From: Trypethelium eluteriae
Taxonomy: Eukaryota
Direction: 5' to 3'
Length of the DNA stretch: 50,741 bases
NCBI GenBank assembly: GCA_051942245.1
Contig: JAVECL010000115.1
Coordinates: 1 to 50,741, forward strand
The notes beneath the pieces were generated by a model. That model made no database searches, was not told where the DNA came from, and saw nothing but the letters and a program-made list of their open reading frames with translations. Below are positions 10,801 to 23,895 of the stretch, one piece after another. The position numbers were made by a program, and so were the translations under genes. Numbering within the stretch: position 1 is the stretch's first letter; the number at the start of each line of letters is the position of its first letter.

Positions 10801-11902
10801 ACTTTAGTGCCACCGTATAGGAAAGCATTCTTGTCCAATCCCTCGGGTTCGATCCGCGCATCTCCAGGTCGCAACTGAATAGAGTCTTTCAGCACTGGAG
10901 TGCTTTCTCCGCTGAGCATAGCCTCGTTGACAATAGCGCTGCCTTCAACCAAGATCATATCGCAGGCAACTCCACTGTCCTCTTTTGTTCGACCGACCGA
11001 TACAAGATCTCCCGGCAGTAATTTATCACTCTGAATCTCCTGCCACTTGTTTTGTCTGTAGACCAAGATATCGTATGGTTTGATGGACATGCCGCGGAAC
11101 TCATTGAGGGTGCGTTGCCGTTGCCAGACTACCGTGCCTTCAAACACTACTAGCATGAATAGAGTGAACAACGAATAGTACCAATATTCATCAAGCATCC
11201 ATAGGCCAACGGTGAACACCTGAAAGACAAAAAAAGGTGCCACGGCATGCTCTGCGAATAGTTCCAAGAATGTCGGTACCGGAATGTCAAACGTATTATT
11301 ACCATAATGTTGCTGCAGGTGTTGTATAGCAGTGGGAGATGTCAACCCGCGAGTCTGCTGAAAAGCATTGATCTGGGGCTTTGGATCCGTATCAAGAGCA
11401 TAGGACAGTGGAGCGAAAGTACCTTTTTCGGAGTCGTACAAGAAGCGTCGCTTTTGAAAGAGGAACGAGACGTTCTGCTTGCCACCCACATTATCGCGTT
11501 TTAGAGTGCAGATTTCGGGGGCTCCAGCATTAGCGACTGGTAAGACTGTGATGAGCTGCGCACTGCGAATGTCTCGTGTTGTCGTAGACGTGAAGAGGGC
11601 CTTGAGATTGACATTCCATTTCGTCATGAGCCATACCAGCGCTTGGATGGTGACGATGCCACCAGACCACACGAATGTCCATTCTGAAGATTGTAGGTGC
11701 CTCTCATATCGCTCGGGGGACAGGTAGAAGGCAAAGAAAGCCGGCCATATGAACAGGAAAGGCCAAACGTAGGTATGGAGATACAGAGGCAACGGGTTGT
11801 GGAGACTCGCCGATTTGATTTGCGAATTATCGACGAGAGGCGCCCTGGAGACTCGAGTTAGTGTCAATATCGAATTGTCTATGTGCAGCAGAAAACATAC
11901 AT
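7865..11902 (-). CDS. SPF1: P5A-type ATPase (ER transmembrane-helix dislocase)
   Basis: LSGES, PPELPMEL, DKTGTLT, KGAPE and GDGTNDVGALK motifs; introns 11900-11845 (splits the ATG) and 8513-8465. Confidence 0.97.
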
Positions 11903-12179
11903 GATGGCGAGATACGGGGAGGCAGGAGTAAGTTGTACTCGAGCCGATGATGTGAACTTCAGCATTTATTCTGCGCCAGCTCCAGCGCCAGCCAGCTGGA
12001 TTCAGGGTCTTGATACATATTTAGCCATGCAGTCTTCAACCCCCACCATAGCCAACCCTCGGTGGAGATTTACGACTTACAGTTTCACGTCACAAGCTAA
12101 TCGGCCTTGTTCACATGCGTGACATTCTCGTGTTTCTTTAGCCTTAGAGCTCCTGTTTTGACACCGAGCTGCCTCACTG

Positions 12180-12186
12180 TGACTCA
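12180..12186 (+). promoter_or_regulatory. Putative Gcn4/CpcA element (TGACTCA) in the SPF1-GLN4 divergent promoter
   Basis: TGACTCA about 205 nt upstream of the GlnRS ATG; aminoacyl-tRNA synthetase genes are known cross-pathway-control targets. Confidence 0.5.
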
Positions 12187-12390
12187 GAATCGACCCACTG
12201 GCTCATTGACTAGATTTCTCAACCTACAAGGATCCCTCGAATTTTTGCCTGTACTGTACGCTTTCAACCCAGGAATAATACGTGTGCTATACTCTGCGAT
12301 ACAGATCTTTCTTCCTGGCCACGAATTACAAGACTATCCCAACACAGCTATCATTAGGCACAGCGTGCCTACGAACACCGGGCCTATAAA

Positions 12391-14532
12391 ATGGCAGAGT
12401 CTACCAAGGCCGACGGGATTCCGGGGGAAGGAGGCGTTCCCAAGGACGATTCAATCGTAAAGGGAGAAAGTTCACAGTCCAATGGCACAGTAGCGGAGGT
12501 GTCCAAGAAGGCAGCAAAAAAGGCGGCCAAGAAAGCTGAAAAAGCAGAAAAGAAGCAAGAGCATCTAGCGACAAGGCCGAAAGAGACTGTTACTGCACCG
12601 AAGCAGAGCAAGCCGAAAGAGGATGCAGCTATAGACGATCCAGATGCTATCTTCCGAGAAGGGTTCCTGAAGAGGGTGCATGCCGAAAAACCTCGTCCAG
12701 TCCGCACACGATTCCCACCCGAACCTAACGGATACCTGCACGTAGGCAATCCAGAGAACCACATCGGTCTATGACTCAGATTTCTGACTGCAACCATAGA
12801 TCGGTCATGCAAAGGCGATTGGCGTCAATTTCGGTTTCGCAAAGTATCACAATGGGATTTGCTTCCTTCGATTCGACGACACGAACCCACAGAAGGAAGA
12901 GGAGAAATACTTTACCTCCATTCAGGAGATGGTCAAATGGCTCGGCTTTGGTCCGAATTTACACAAGGTCACCTACAGCAGTGACCACTTCGATCGACTA
13001 TACGAATTGGCTGAGGAATTGATACGGCGAGATAAAGCCTATGTTTGCCACTGCACAAAAGACGAAGTCAACCTAGGACGGGGTGGAAAGGATAATAGAG
13101 GAGAGCGCTTTGCATGTGCCCACAGAAGCCGACCAACCGAAGAATCTCTTGCAGAATTTCGGGCAATGAGGGACGGGAAGTACGGACCAGGCGAAGCACA
13201 TCTGCGAATGAAACAGGACTTCACCAATGGAAACCCTCAGATGTGGGATTTGGCAGCTTACCGTGTGGTCAAAGAAAACCATCACTATCGAACAGGTGAC
13301 AAATGGAGGATTTATCCTACGTACGACTTTACGCGCAAGTATTCCCCAAGACCAAGTCAAAAGCACCCTATTGAACGTGTCTACTGACCTAACAAACAGA
13401 TTGTTTGTGCGATAGCTTTGAGGAAATCTCGCATTCGCTATGTACCACGGAATTCGTGCTGTCACGAACATCATATGACTGGTTACTGGAGCAGCTAGAT
13501 TTTAAAATACCCAGCTCAGAAGAAAAAGGTCCTATGCAGCGAGAGTATGGTCGGCTCAACGTCGAAGGCACAATTCTTTCCAAGAGGAGAATAGAAAAGC
13601 TTGTCAAGGGCTTCAAAGCGCCTTCACGGGATATTCCATCCGTAGTCAGGGACTGGGATGATCCTCGACTATACACGCTCGTAGCGATCCGACGACGTGG
13701 TGTACCTCCCGGTGCTCTCCTTCATTTCGTTGGAGAGCTAGGAGTGACTACGGCAGATACAAGCATTCAGGTTGTAAGATTTGAGCACAGTGTACGAAAG
13801 TACCTCGAACGTACCGTCCCTCGTCTGCTGGTTGTTCTGGATCCCGTCAAAGTTGTCATCGAGAATTTACCTAACGATTACGCGGAGGAATTGGATGTTC
13901 CCTTCCACCCCAAGGATCCAAATGTTGGCTCACACAAGGTTGCGCTCACAAAGACGGTATATATTGAACGCGATGATTTTCGTGAGGAAGACGACCCAAA
14001 CTTTTTCCGGCTTGCGCCGGGTAAGTGGGTGGGTTTGCTATATGCCAAATATCCTATCAAAGCCGAATCTTTTGTCAAGGATTCCAGCACCGGTCTCGTC
14101 ACGGAAATTAAAGCCACGTATGGAGATGCGGACTGTCCAAAGCCGAAGGCGCGGATCCATTGGGTCGGTGATTCGGCGTCAGGCAAGACTTTTGAGGCAG
14201 AAGCCCGTGTGTTTAACTCCTTATTCAAGGCACAGAATCCAAATGCGCTGGACTGGGAAAATGGAGGCTACTACGATAGCGTAAACCCTGAGAGCGAAGT
14301 CATCTATCCGAACGCTTTGATTGAATGCGGCTTTGATGAGATCCGAAAAAGGGCACCATGGCCAGCTGAGGCCGGCGAGGCCCAAATAGAGGGAACTGCA
14401 GCTGCTCCGTATACGATCAGGTTCCAGGGCCTACGGACTGGCTACTTCTGTGTCGACGTGGACTCGACTGATGCGAAGGTGGTATTGAACAGGATAGTGA
14501 CGCTAAAGGAGGATGAAGGGAAGAAATCATGA
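12391..14532 (+). CDS. GLN4: Glutaminyl-tRNA synthetase; 3 exons
   Basis: [18 protein letters not shown] (HIGH), YPTYDFT|HCLCDS, LSKR (KMSKS-equivalent) and DWDDPRL; introns ~12742-12799 and GC-AG 13335-13399. Confidence 0.97.
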
Positions 14533-15075
14533 GTGTCCGGGGACAGGTAGTCCATATTGTTCATTTCGGCGTTGACGCGATATACCAGGATGAAGCATGA
14601 TGGTGAATGGGTCATGCATGCCACTGAGGATTCCTCTTACTACAAATGGCCAGGACGAATAGTAGATTAGCCTAAAAGAACTAAATTTGCTGATTTCCTT
14701 CGGAGGTATCTCGATTGCCTCTGCCATAGTACATGATGTCGTTGCTCTTAGATGGGCAAAGAATGGAGTCCGCCAAGATAGCCCCAGAGAATCAAGCTCA
14801 AGCCGGCCTCAACGTGCAGATTCTTTACCTCAATAACCGTTCTTTTGGTTCCGTAGACTTATGAGAATCTATCTGTGTTCTAGGCATCGCGATCTCCTTA
14901 AGGCCCTTTTTCACCGCGAGGTTGGCAGGGCTAGTGTCTCCGGTTTGAAGTAGGCCGGTACCGTGACAATCTTTTGCCTACCCGGCATCAACGACAACGC
15001 CTGTGTAGAGTGTACAATAAAGAGAATCCGAGATATGTTACGCAAAAGTGGTCAGAGTAAGTTCCCGCCTGCTGC

Positions 15076-16227
15076 TTAGAGGTATAACCAGATGCTACTG
15101 CTGTGATCCGCAGCCCTCAACAACTCATGGCGCTCAACAAACTCCTTGCTTTTGCATGCGACGAGTAACAGTGTCTCGAAAGGACCAAATTCTTGAACAT
15201 CGCCTCGTTGCCACATATCAGTAAATTCTCGGTAGCCCGTAAGCGCGGATGATGATTCGTTATTGGTACATAAGTGCCAGGCATACGGCCCAGGAGCGTC
15301 CCATAGATGTGACCGCACGTCAAACGGTAAGGCTTCAACAAAGAGCGTATGAACGAAGTAGCCTTGTTTAAACTGGGCATAATGTCCAAGTACCATGTGA
15401 GCAGAGAGGATGGCACGTCGGACGCTTTCCGCTAGTATCCATGCTTGCCGTTGGCTTAAGGAATTAGGAAGATGTGGCGGCGCCCCATCCCACATCTTCA
15501 TCGTACAACGCAGCAATTGATTGCTCAGAGCATCTGCCAAAGGCCGCTCTGTATGACCAGATCCTAATAGTGGGATGAGTATGAGCATCAGTGCATGAGT
15601 CGAAGCGAGCAGCTCCCAAAGCGATCGTGCTTTCTTTGATTGATCTAGAATGTCGTAGCTACTACTAGCAAAAGACTTTCGAAACAGCATTTGTTGGCCT
15701 TGATCTGAGCTTGTGTGAATATTCATGTGGGCCCTGCATGCTACAAGTGCATCCTTGAGCTGTTTGGGAGTCCCGGTTTCATACAGATTTGCGTGGATGA
15801 ACGGAGCTCTACCATTGCGAGCAAAGCTAGCCACGAAACCCCTCAAATGGCCCCATATGTAATCAGAAGTGGCTTCATCCAGAGCTAGCCTAACTTCGGG
15901 AGAAGAAGGACCAAGGAGAACCCATAAGGATATGGGTTGGTAAGCCAGGGCCATCATTGTTGGGAGATCCCTTGCTTCCGGAACGTCTGTATTATTCAGA
16001 GGCACAAAATCACTGACTTTGCGACTACAATCACGAGGTATTTCCGAAGCATTTATACTCCTTCGCTGTATAAGTTTCGTATTTGCCCTTGTCAACGGTT
16101 CATTGTCGTAGAAACATTCGAAACCTCTGGCTACACATCGAGAGCATTTCGGCCACGAAAAATCGCATTTCCTTTTCGAATGAGCGCAGCCTCTGCATGT
16201 CCTTCGTAGCGAAAGTCTTTTCGACAT
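15076..16227 (-). CDS. Zn(II)2Cys6 transcription factor
   Basis: CRGCAHSKRKCDFSWPKCSRCVARGFEC binuclear cluster; PFIH and WILAESVRR motifs typical of this short fungal TF family. Confidence 0.93.
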   Translation of the reverse strand: MSKRLSLRRTCRGCAHSKRKCDFSWPKCSRCVARGFECFYDNEPLTRANTKLIQRRSINASEIPRDCSRKVSDFVPLNNTDVPEARDLPTMMALAYQPISLWVLLGPSSPEVRLALDEATSDYIWGHLRGFVASFARNGRAPFIHANLYETGTPKQLKDALVACRAHMNIHTSSDQGQQMLFRKSFASSSYDILDQSKKARSLWELLASTHALMLILIPLLGSGHTERPLADALSNQLLRCTMKMWDGAPPHLPNSLSQRQAWILAESVRRAILSAHMVLGHYAQFKQGYFVHTLFVEALPFDVRSHLWDAPGPYAWHLCTNNESSSALTGYREFTDMWQRGDVQEFGPFETLLLVACKSKEFVERHELLRAADHSSSIWLYL

Positions 16228-16427
16228 CGGAGAGAGTTCAATACAAAGGCCGTTCTTTGGATCAGTATAAATTAGACAGCTGCTGAAGGTGAGCAGTTTG
16301 AACTGTGGCGCTCCGACAAGAGTTTAACTTCCGCAAATTGTTACGAAAAGTAGCGGCGGTTCGATGATACGGTAGTTCTCTGGTAGTGATCGACTAGTTT
16401 GGTTATCGTATTGATGTTGGTGCGGAG

Positions 16428-16436
16428 ATGACTCAT
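16428..16436 (+). promoter_or_regulatory. ATGACTCAT (Gcn4/AP-1-type site) in the TF/NmrA divergent promoter
   Basis: Exact 9-mer consensus; TATAAAA near 16685 upstream of the NmrA-like ATG. Function not demonstrated. Confidence 0.35.
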
Positions 16437-16819
16437 TATTTTGACGGCTTGTCCGAAACGTCAGGCCCGCCATTTACGTCCGTAAGATGCAGAGCAGTCC
16501 ACAAAATCGGCTATGTGGATCAGTCGAGGCGAGAGGATGTTGAATATAGGTCTGATCCTTGCTGGTCTATTCTATTATCCAATTCTCAGCCCAAGCCCGA
16601 AAATGTATTAGTCTCCGCAAAGGTCGGAGGTTGTTAGAAGATACAGAATTTCAGAATGTGGTTCGGATTGCAGAATCTCCAAATTATAAAAGGCCGTAGA
16701 TGGGACTGATCTCGTATGTCTGTATTCACAGATCTATCCGAAACTTTGATCAAGAGGTCGAGTCACCAGCCAGGAGAGAGAAGCCACGATTCTCACTAAA
16801 TAGCCGTATCCTGAGAGAC

Positions 16820-17892
16820 ATGTCAAATCAAATAGAAAAGGTTATTGTTATTGGGGTAAGTCAACACAATCAACACAATAGCACGCATACCTAACAACTC
16901 GTAGGGCGGTGGTAATATAGGGCCGTTCATTATTGATGAGCTCCAGAATGCCGGTTTTGAGGTAGCGGTCCTTAGTCGGACATCTTCGAGCTCGGTATTT
17001 CCTCCAAACGTGGTGGTACATAGGACAAATTATGGCGAGGCATCTCTAATCGAGATTTTCCGAGGCTTTGATGCTGTGGTTTCTGCTGTGGCTACCTTCA
17101 GCACCGACCAACAAAAGACAATTATCGATGCAGCTGTCCATGCAGGCATAAAGAGATTTCTTCCCAGCGAATATGGCATCGACAGCTCTCTATCTCAATT
17201 TGCAGAGGCTCTTTCTTTCGAATCTGTGAAAAAGCAAGAGACTGTTGAATATCTCAAAGGAAAGGAAAGCACGCAGATGAGTTGGACTGCACTGTGCGTG
17301 GGTGCCTTTTTTGACTGGGTAAGTAGCCTCGAAGTGTCTATTCGCGGCGGCCGTGACACGAAAGTGGTTCAAATTCATGGAATCGAAGTGCTAAGTTCAG
17401 CTCTTACAGGTTCTTAAAGTCGGCGGTGGGCTTATGGGTTGGGACATTCCGGCGCGGAAAGCTACCATCTACGATTCCGGCAACCAGCCATATGAAGCCA
17501 CAAATGTCCGACAGATAGGGCGCGCGGTAGCCGGTATCTTGAAACATCCAAAAGAGACCGAGAATAAGTACGTGTATGTGAACTCTTTCACCCTAACTCA
17601 AAACCAGGTCTTAGCGGCGATCGAGAGGGAGAGCGGTGAAAGGTTCCAAGTAACACGGATGACAACAACGGAGCTGCGCGATGAAGGATATCGAAATGTA
17701 GAGGAAGGCAACCTCGGTCTGGGGTTTCCGCAGGTTGTTTCATCTGCAATCTACGGTTATGGAGGACTGAACAACTTCAGCGCAAGCAAGGAACTCGCGA
17801 ACGCTCTGTTGCAGTTGCCGGAAGAGAGATTGGAGGAGACAATAGAGGAGGTTCTCAAAGAAAGAGATGTACCTTTGCAGAGCAGGACGTGA
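16820..17892 (+). CDS. NmrA-like / isoflavone-reductase-family NAD(P)-binding oxidoreductase; 3 exons
   Basis: VIVIG|GGGNIG Rossmann motif across intron 16856-16904; AGIKRFLPSEYG and GAFFDW; second intron ~17319-17409. Confidence 0.92.
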
Positions 17893-18546
17893 TGTTCCCA
17901 AACCCGCTGTGGTGGAGCGCTCTTGGAATTACTACGTAGAAGCGTCATGCCAAACACAGGGACATGGAATGATACTCAATGAACCAGAAAGTCAGATCTG
18001 GTCTTTGGAAGCTGATTTATTGGAAGCTCTGTCAATCGCAGGTGTGAAAGCGGGAAATTTATGGAAGTCGAAACGTCATGAGGTCTTCGGCCGGAGAGAC
18101 TGTACATATCAACCTAAGTGTACCTGATAAGCCCGACATTGTGGTGCGCAACAATGCCGTGAAAAGTTTTGGCATGCTGTCTCGTAGTTGAGGATGCAAT
18201 TAACGGAGAGATGTCGAGCAAACAAACGTCACAGCCGTGTACAGTTTGCCAAAGTGGCTAATCGACGAGAGAATTTGGTATTACCGTACTTTCATCTCTG
18301 TTCTGACCAGCAATGACATCGCGAGTACCGCAAGGGCATATTTTTCAGGCCGACAACATGAGTGATCCGGTGATCAATTGCATGATGGTGCAAGAGATGG
18401 CAAACTGTAGATCACCGGTCACTTTTAGTGAAGTGGTTTGCGTAAAGGACGCGCTTCATCTAAAACGCTTTATGCTGTAGTCATTCGAGTCCTGGCTTGA
18501 AGTAGAAGTGCAAAGAGATTTTTGAAGGCACAAGTCTGCACAGAAG

Positions 18547-18579
18547 TACTCCGTATCCGTTTCCGTACTGTACGGAGTA
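18547..18579. repeat. Inverted pair TACTCCGTA-N15-TACGGAGTA
   Basis: Perfect 9-bp inverted repeat in intergenic DNA; the same 9-mer recurs elsewhere in the window. Confidence 0.7.
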
Positions 18580-19203
18580 TTTGCAGGTCACTGAAGTCGC
18601 GTCCTCAGTCGTGATTGCTCCGCTACTTGCTCCGTGCGCTACTACGCTAGTCGTAAAGCTTTGGCCAACAAAGCGGCCACCCCCAGCCCCAGCATTCCCA
18701 AACTCACCGGCGAACCTTGAATACTTTTTGCTTGGGGGGCTGCGGTATAATTGGAACTTCTACAGTAAGATAGGTATCTCAATAGGGCACAAGTAGCTTT
18801 GTGAAATCAATCCAAAAGCCACGTAACCATACAACCTTTAATCTAATACTTCGCATGTCTATAGCACAGGCCGTTGTACTGAAAGTCCACTCTGTCGTGG
18901 CTTGATGGTCATTCGTTGACCGCGAATCTGCTCAAATGCTTTGGTGGAAAGAATTTGCTGACGACAGAAAATTATCTTTGGAGCCGAGACATAATACATA
19001 TGTTTGCACAAGCATTTCCCTTCCCGTCTAGATGTCCAGAGCACCAAACACCTCGCAATGCACATGCCAAACTCTAAAACCGAAATCCACACCGCGCATG
19101 ATCTAAAGATGCCACTCCGCGAATTTTCTATCTGCGTAATCGTACACGACCGATCGTTCTCGGCTCAGACCTTTCCAGAAGCAAAACGTAATCCGGACAA
19201 CCC

Positions 19204-20520
19204 CTAGTCATCCTCGCTCTGTACCAAGGGATGGTTTTCAAACCACCTTAAGAAGGTCTGATACAGCACTAACATGGTCCCACTCTGCACGCTTGTCCAT
19301 ACAGCGCGTGGACCCACGCCTCGAAACCAGCCCGCGAAGCCTTCTGTCCGGTAGATGATTCTCAATCCCTCAATCGTCGACGCTGTGTCCAATGTGACAG
19401 CCTCATGCGGCTTCAGCGTCGTCGAAGGTGAGCTGGTCGAAATCACCCGATGTGTCGCCTTCTGGAGTGTATGCTGTGTCGAGGCGGTGGCATGGCTTGT
19501 CTCGGATGATGCAGGTATAGCATTGTGGCGTGCTCCCGGCGAAGGGGTAGAACCATGGATAGGAGAAGTAGCGACAGTAGCGGTGGGTTTAAGGTCCGGG
19601 TCGACCTGCGTTTGAAGCCGCGTTTTGACGACGTCGAGAGGGCACGTGATGACGCCCGCCATGCCGCCTGCGGTGGCACCGGTGAAGATTTCGAGGGGTA
19701 GGCCGATGTCGCGGGATCCAATGAAGGCTTTGGCGAGCTTCTGTTCCTGCTCGTAGAAGGCGAATTGGAGGCCCGAGAAGGGGATATCGCGCCAGAGAGT
19801 CGCTCTGTACCCATGGAAAAGCGCAGAAACGCCCTCAGTCTTTGAGATGACACGGATAGCATGGAGGGTGGAGCGGTAATTGTAGCCAGAGCTGAAGAAG
19901 GGATTGTTGTACCGGCCTTGGAGCTGAAGACGGGTTTTGAGGACTTCGGAAGGAACGTAGACGGGGGATGCAGCGAGGTCGGCGACGAAGCCTGCGGACA
20001 GATAGGAGACCCATGGCATGATACCGGCATCGATCATGAGGCGCTTACTCCATTCGTAGGTGCCGAAGAAGATGACGGTGCCTGAAAATGAGCCGAGAAA
20101 GGCGGGAGTCACACCGCCGTATAGTCCTCTGCGAATGCCTTCTTGCCGCCAAATGGTATAGTAGGTGTTGCCCATGGAGGTGTATTTCGGTGGCATATGG
20201 GGGTCGCCCTGTTGACGAGTCTTGACAGTATCCAAAGAATGCATAAGCATGTCGCCCGTGGTTCCTCCAAATCCACCTGCAAGCATTGCCTGGTAGAACA
20301 TCAATATTTCTGCTTACTTCTCTCAAGAATCTGATATTGTTCTCACATGCAAATATGGTGGCCTCGCAGCCTCTATATCCGTGGTCGTAGCATCCATGAC
20401 TGTCTCTTCTCCTCTTGGCCATACGTCGGCGGTAGCGAAAGCCTCCCCATGCTCGCTGACAGTGGTCTTTTCTGAAGGTCCTGAGGAAAACAGGTAATTC
20501 GTGATACGAGCGAAGACCAT
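19204..20520 (-). CDS. Mitochondrial carrier (SLC25), similar to the Mme1/YMR166C-type; 2 exons
   Basis: Three carrier signatures (HSLDTVKTRQQ, PSEVLKTRLQ, PLDVVKTRLQ); intron between PPYLH and AMLAGG; start uncertain (ATG 20520 or ~20393). Confidence 0.88.
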
Positions 20521-20978
20521 GAAGGTCGGGGAATCCTCACGCCTTACCCCAGGCAGGAGGGAAGTGAGGGCGGGCCTGGCGCTTTGGATATTGGACTTTT
20601 CGGGGGTTTTGGGGAATGACAATGATGGCTGAAGCAGAAAACCCGAGAAATCACATTTAGTGTCATCCCGTGGAATCCCTGTCCGGTACCGAGCAGGGTG
20701 GTCCAAGCGCCCCGCGATCAAGTTGCATCACCTCCCACCCTCCATTAAGCGTGCCCAAACTGGCTAGCAACTGTTTACATCTCAGGTCTTCTCTTCAACC
20801 ACCCCCCAGCCACCGCGTTTTGTTTATAGCCCCGCCACTTCTTTTCTCATCTGCTCTTCTCGTCTCATCTCCGCATTCGCATTCCTCCTAGGTCTTATAC
20901 ACCTTGCATAGTCATTCTCTCATTGCGCATTATTGCATTTCGAAGAGATACATACTACTACTTACCACTATCACCACC

Positions 20979-22134
20979 ATGTCGGCTTGGCTTCGTCGGC
21001 AAAATAAAGGCGATTTGCAGCATCTGGCGGATGAATCAGGCTTCAGTGTGTAAGATGCGATCGCATACTATTCGAGAGCTTGGAACTGTGACTAACAGTA
21101 ATATGCTCTAGGCCTGACACAATTCGCAAGAACGAGCTAGCCGATGCATTAGACAAACACCTTCAAGGCAACGCGTCGCATCTGTCTTCGAAACCCTCAC
21201 TTTCAGATTACTATGGTCGCAGCTCATCGCCCGTGAAGAAGGAACCAGGAAATGGCGCGAAGGCTCCTGCTGCCGACGAAACGGACATAAAAGTGCCCAA
21301 AAAGCCCGGCCGCAGAAAAACGATCAAAGAGGAAGATCTCGAGACAACGTATGTGATTTCCTGCGCCGACATGTGTCAACGTTCATGCACCTCTTCATCA
21401 ATCACGCCAGCAAACGTGTACTAATATTTACCAGAGGCGAATCTTCGTCTCCAACAACCGCTCTGGCGACGCGCACACCACGTGCTGTCCAACAAATTGC
21501 TGAGCGCGTTCCCCTCCCGGCTTCTCCTGCACAGATGGCGGATATCATCGATAGACAATCGACCGCGATTCAGGCTAGAGTCAATGCGTTATGGGAGAAA
21601 TCGGGTCTCGTTGAGGGGATTGAAAACCTCCGAGACGGGCTCAGCTCCGTCGATGCCGTTGGGACTTTGATCGCCCTTAACGAAGGACTGTCTCTAAGCC
21701 GGACTACTATGCCTTTGAAGCATGCGTTTGATATACCCGCTAGCGACCTCCTCCGAACGCCCAGAATAGCGGTCAGCCTCCCGGACCTCTTTCAGTTAGT
21801 GACACCACACTTCTGGTACACTTCACTTGTGTGGGGTACATCCACTCTGGCACTTCCTCTACTTTTCGCCTACTTCATCAATTTCACTATCAAAGCCAGG
21901 CCAACACAGCCATCGAGACGATTGCAATATCAAGTTGACCCTCTCGTCTTCCATCTCTCCAAGTTTGTCGTGACTCTGACCGTCTACTGGGGAAGTAGTC
22001 GATTCTTTGGTATCATCTCCGACGAGGTCGTAAAGGACATCAACGAACACATCCTAGGCGGACCTTCTGGGATGCTTACAGGTGCCTTAATTGGAGTCGT
22101 CACCGCTATCTACGAGGCCATATTGAGGAAATAG
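20979..22134 (+). CDS. Conserved membrane protein with an N-terminal helical (SAP-like) segment, probably Gtt3-like; 3 exons
   Basis: MSAWLRRQNKGDLQHLA...RKNELADALDKHL N-terminus across GT-AG introns (~21049-21111, ~21349-21435); three C-terminal hydrophobic segments ending YEAILRK*. Family name recalled from memory. Confidence 0.6.
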
Positions 22135-22906
22135 TGAGCATCTTCGCAATATCAAATGTTAAAAAAATCTGAAATGTCAATTAATGTTTATGTGGAATCT
22201 CAGGGCTTCATGTTTCAATTTGGGGGTTGCGGTCTTCTCTGCGTGGGTCGGCTGTACATGGGATAGGTGCCGCATGTGCAGAAAGCCAGGGCGAAGCTGG
22301 CGTTTGAGGCGCAAAGCAGATACCACGACTCAGTCACTGTGATGAGGATTCTACGTTTTTGGATCGGGAGTTCAGTCGCTTGTACACATCTTACGTATCT
22401 GTAGAAAACGAACGCTTTTCCATCCCTTTGATTTGTTGCCGTTGGCAACAGAGCATTGTCCTAAAACGAGCAGGGAGCTTGTGATAGTTCTCAGACGTTG
22501 ATGGATTCCAGCCACCAGTGACAAAAATTGCCACTCGCCAAAATATGAATTGGTACATTTCGTCTTATACGTGATGGGAAATCAACGAATCTACTGTTGG
22601 CGGAGTTTTGGCCATTTCTGGAGAGAGCCTTCGCGCTCCGCAAGCTGGCGCGGGCATGGGCGAGGGGCCTGGGCGGAGGAGAGGCGGGATAAGGGAGTCA
22701 CGTTAATTCCACCCCACTGCCTCGCTCACCTACGAAACATTTTCGAAAAGTTGAAAACCAAACGCGCCCAACAGCCTTTGTCATCCGCATTCTACCGCCA
22801 GTGTCTATCTCAGAGACTCTATTGTCAAACGTCGACTATACAATACAGCGCACAGATACGGAATAACATTGACTGATTGGGAATTCGATTGTACACAACC
22901 GTCAAG

Positions 22907-23895
22907 ATGTCGCTGACAAATTGTCGGTATTATGAGGAGAAATACCCAGAGATAGATAGCTTTGTGATGGTAAATGTGAAGCAGGTCAGTCTTACGGCAT
23001 CTTCATCATTAATGCCGATCTTTCTAATTTCATGTTGTAGATCGCAGAAATGGGTGCCTACGTCAAGCTCCTCGAATACGACAACATTGATGGCATGATT
23101 CTCCTCTCCGAATTATCCAGACGGCGTATTCGAAGTATCCAAAAATTGATCCGTGTCGGCCGTAACGAGGTTGTCGTCGTCCTCCGTGTCGATAAAGAGA
23201 AAGGATACATCGACTTGTCCAAGCGACGGGTCTCGCCCGAAGATATCACTAAATGCGACGAGCGGTACAACAAGAGCAAGACGGTACACTCTATCATGCG
23301 ACACGTCGCAGAAAAGACAAGCACGCCCATTGAAGACCTCTACAAGGCCATTGGCTGGCCACTGAACAAAAAATACGGCCACTCACTCGATGCTTTCCAG
23401 CTCTCAATAACCAATCCCGACATCTGGCAGGAGGTTGCGTTCCCGAACGATGTCGTCAAAGACGAGTTGCTATCATATATTGGAAAGCGTCTCACACCAC
23501 AACCCACTAAAGTCCGCGCGGATATCGAGGTCACCTGCTTCAGCTACGACGGTATCGATGCCGTGAAGACCGCCCTTCGATGCGCTGAAGCAAACAACAC
23601 ATCCGGCACGCAGGTGAAGGTCAAATTGGTATCGCCGCCATTGTACGTGTTGACGAGCCAGACTTTGGACAAGAATGTGGGGCTTCAGTTGTTGGAGCAG
23701 GCGATTCAGGCGATCGATGCGAATATCAAAGCCGCCGGGGGCAGCTGTGTGGTGAAGATGGCACCGAAGGCGGTTACGGAGGGCGATGACGCACAATTGC
23801 AGGCGCTTATGGAAAAGAATGAGAGGGAGAATCAGGAGGTCAGTGGGGACGAAGATGAGAGCGCTAGTGACGAGAGGGTTGTGGAGGGCGACTGA
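22907..23895 (+). CDS. SUI2: Translation initiation factor eIF2 alpha; 2 exons
   Basis: CRYYEEKYPE, MILLSELSRRRIRSI (Ser51 site) and KGYIDLSKRRV; intron 22986-23040. Confidence 0.98.

Noticed and set aside
12355..12390. Upstream non-AUG mitochondrial presequence for GlnRS
   Set aside because: An in-frame TAG at 12355-12357 leaves only 11 codons.
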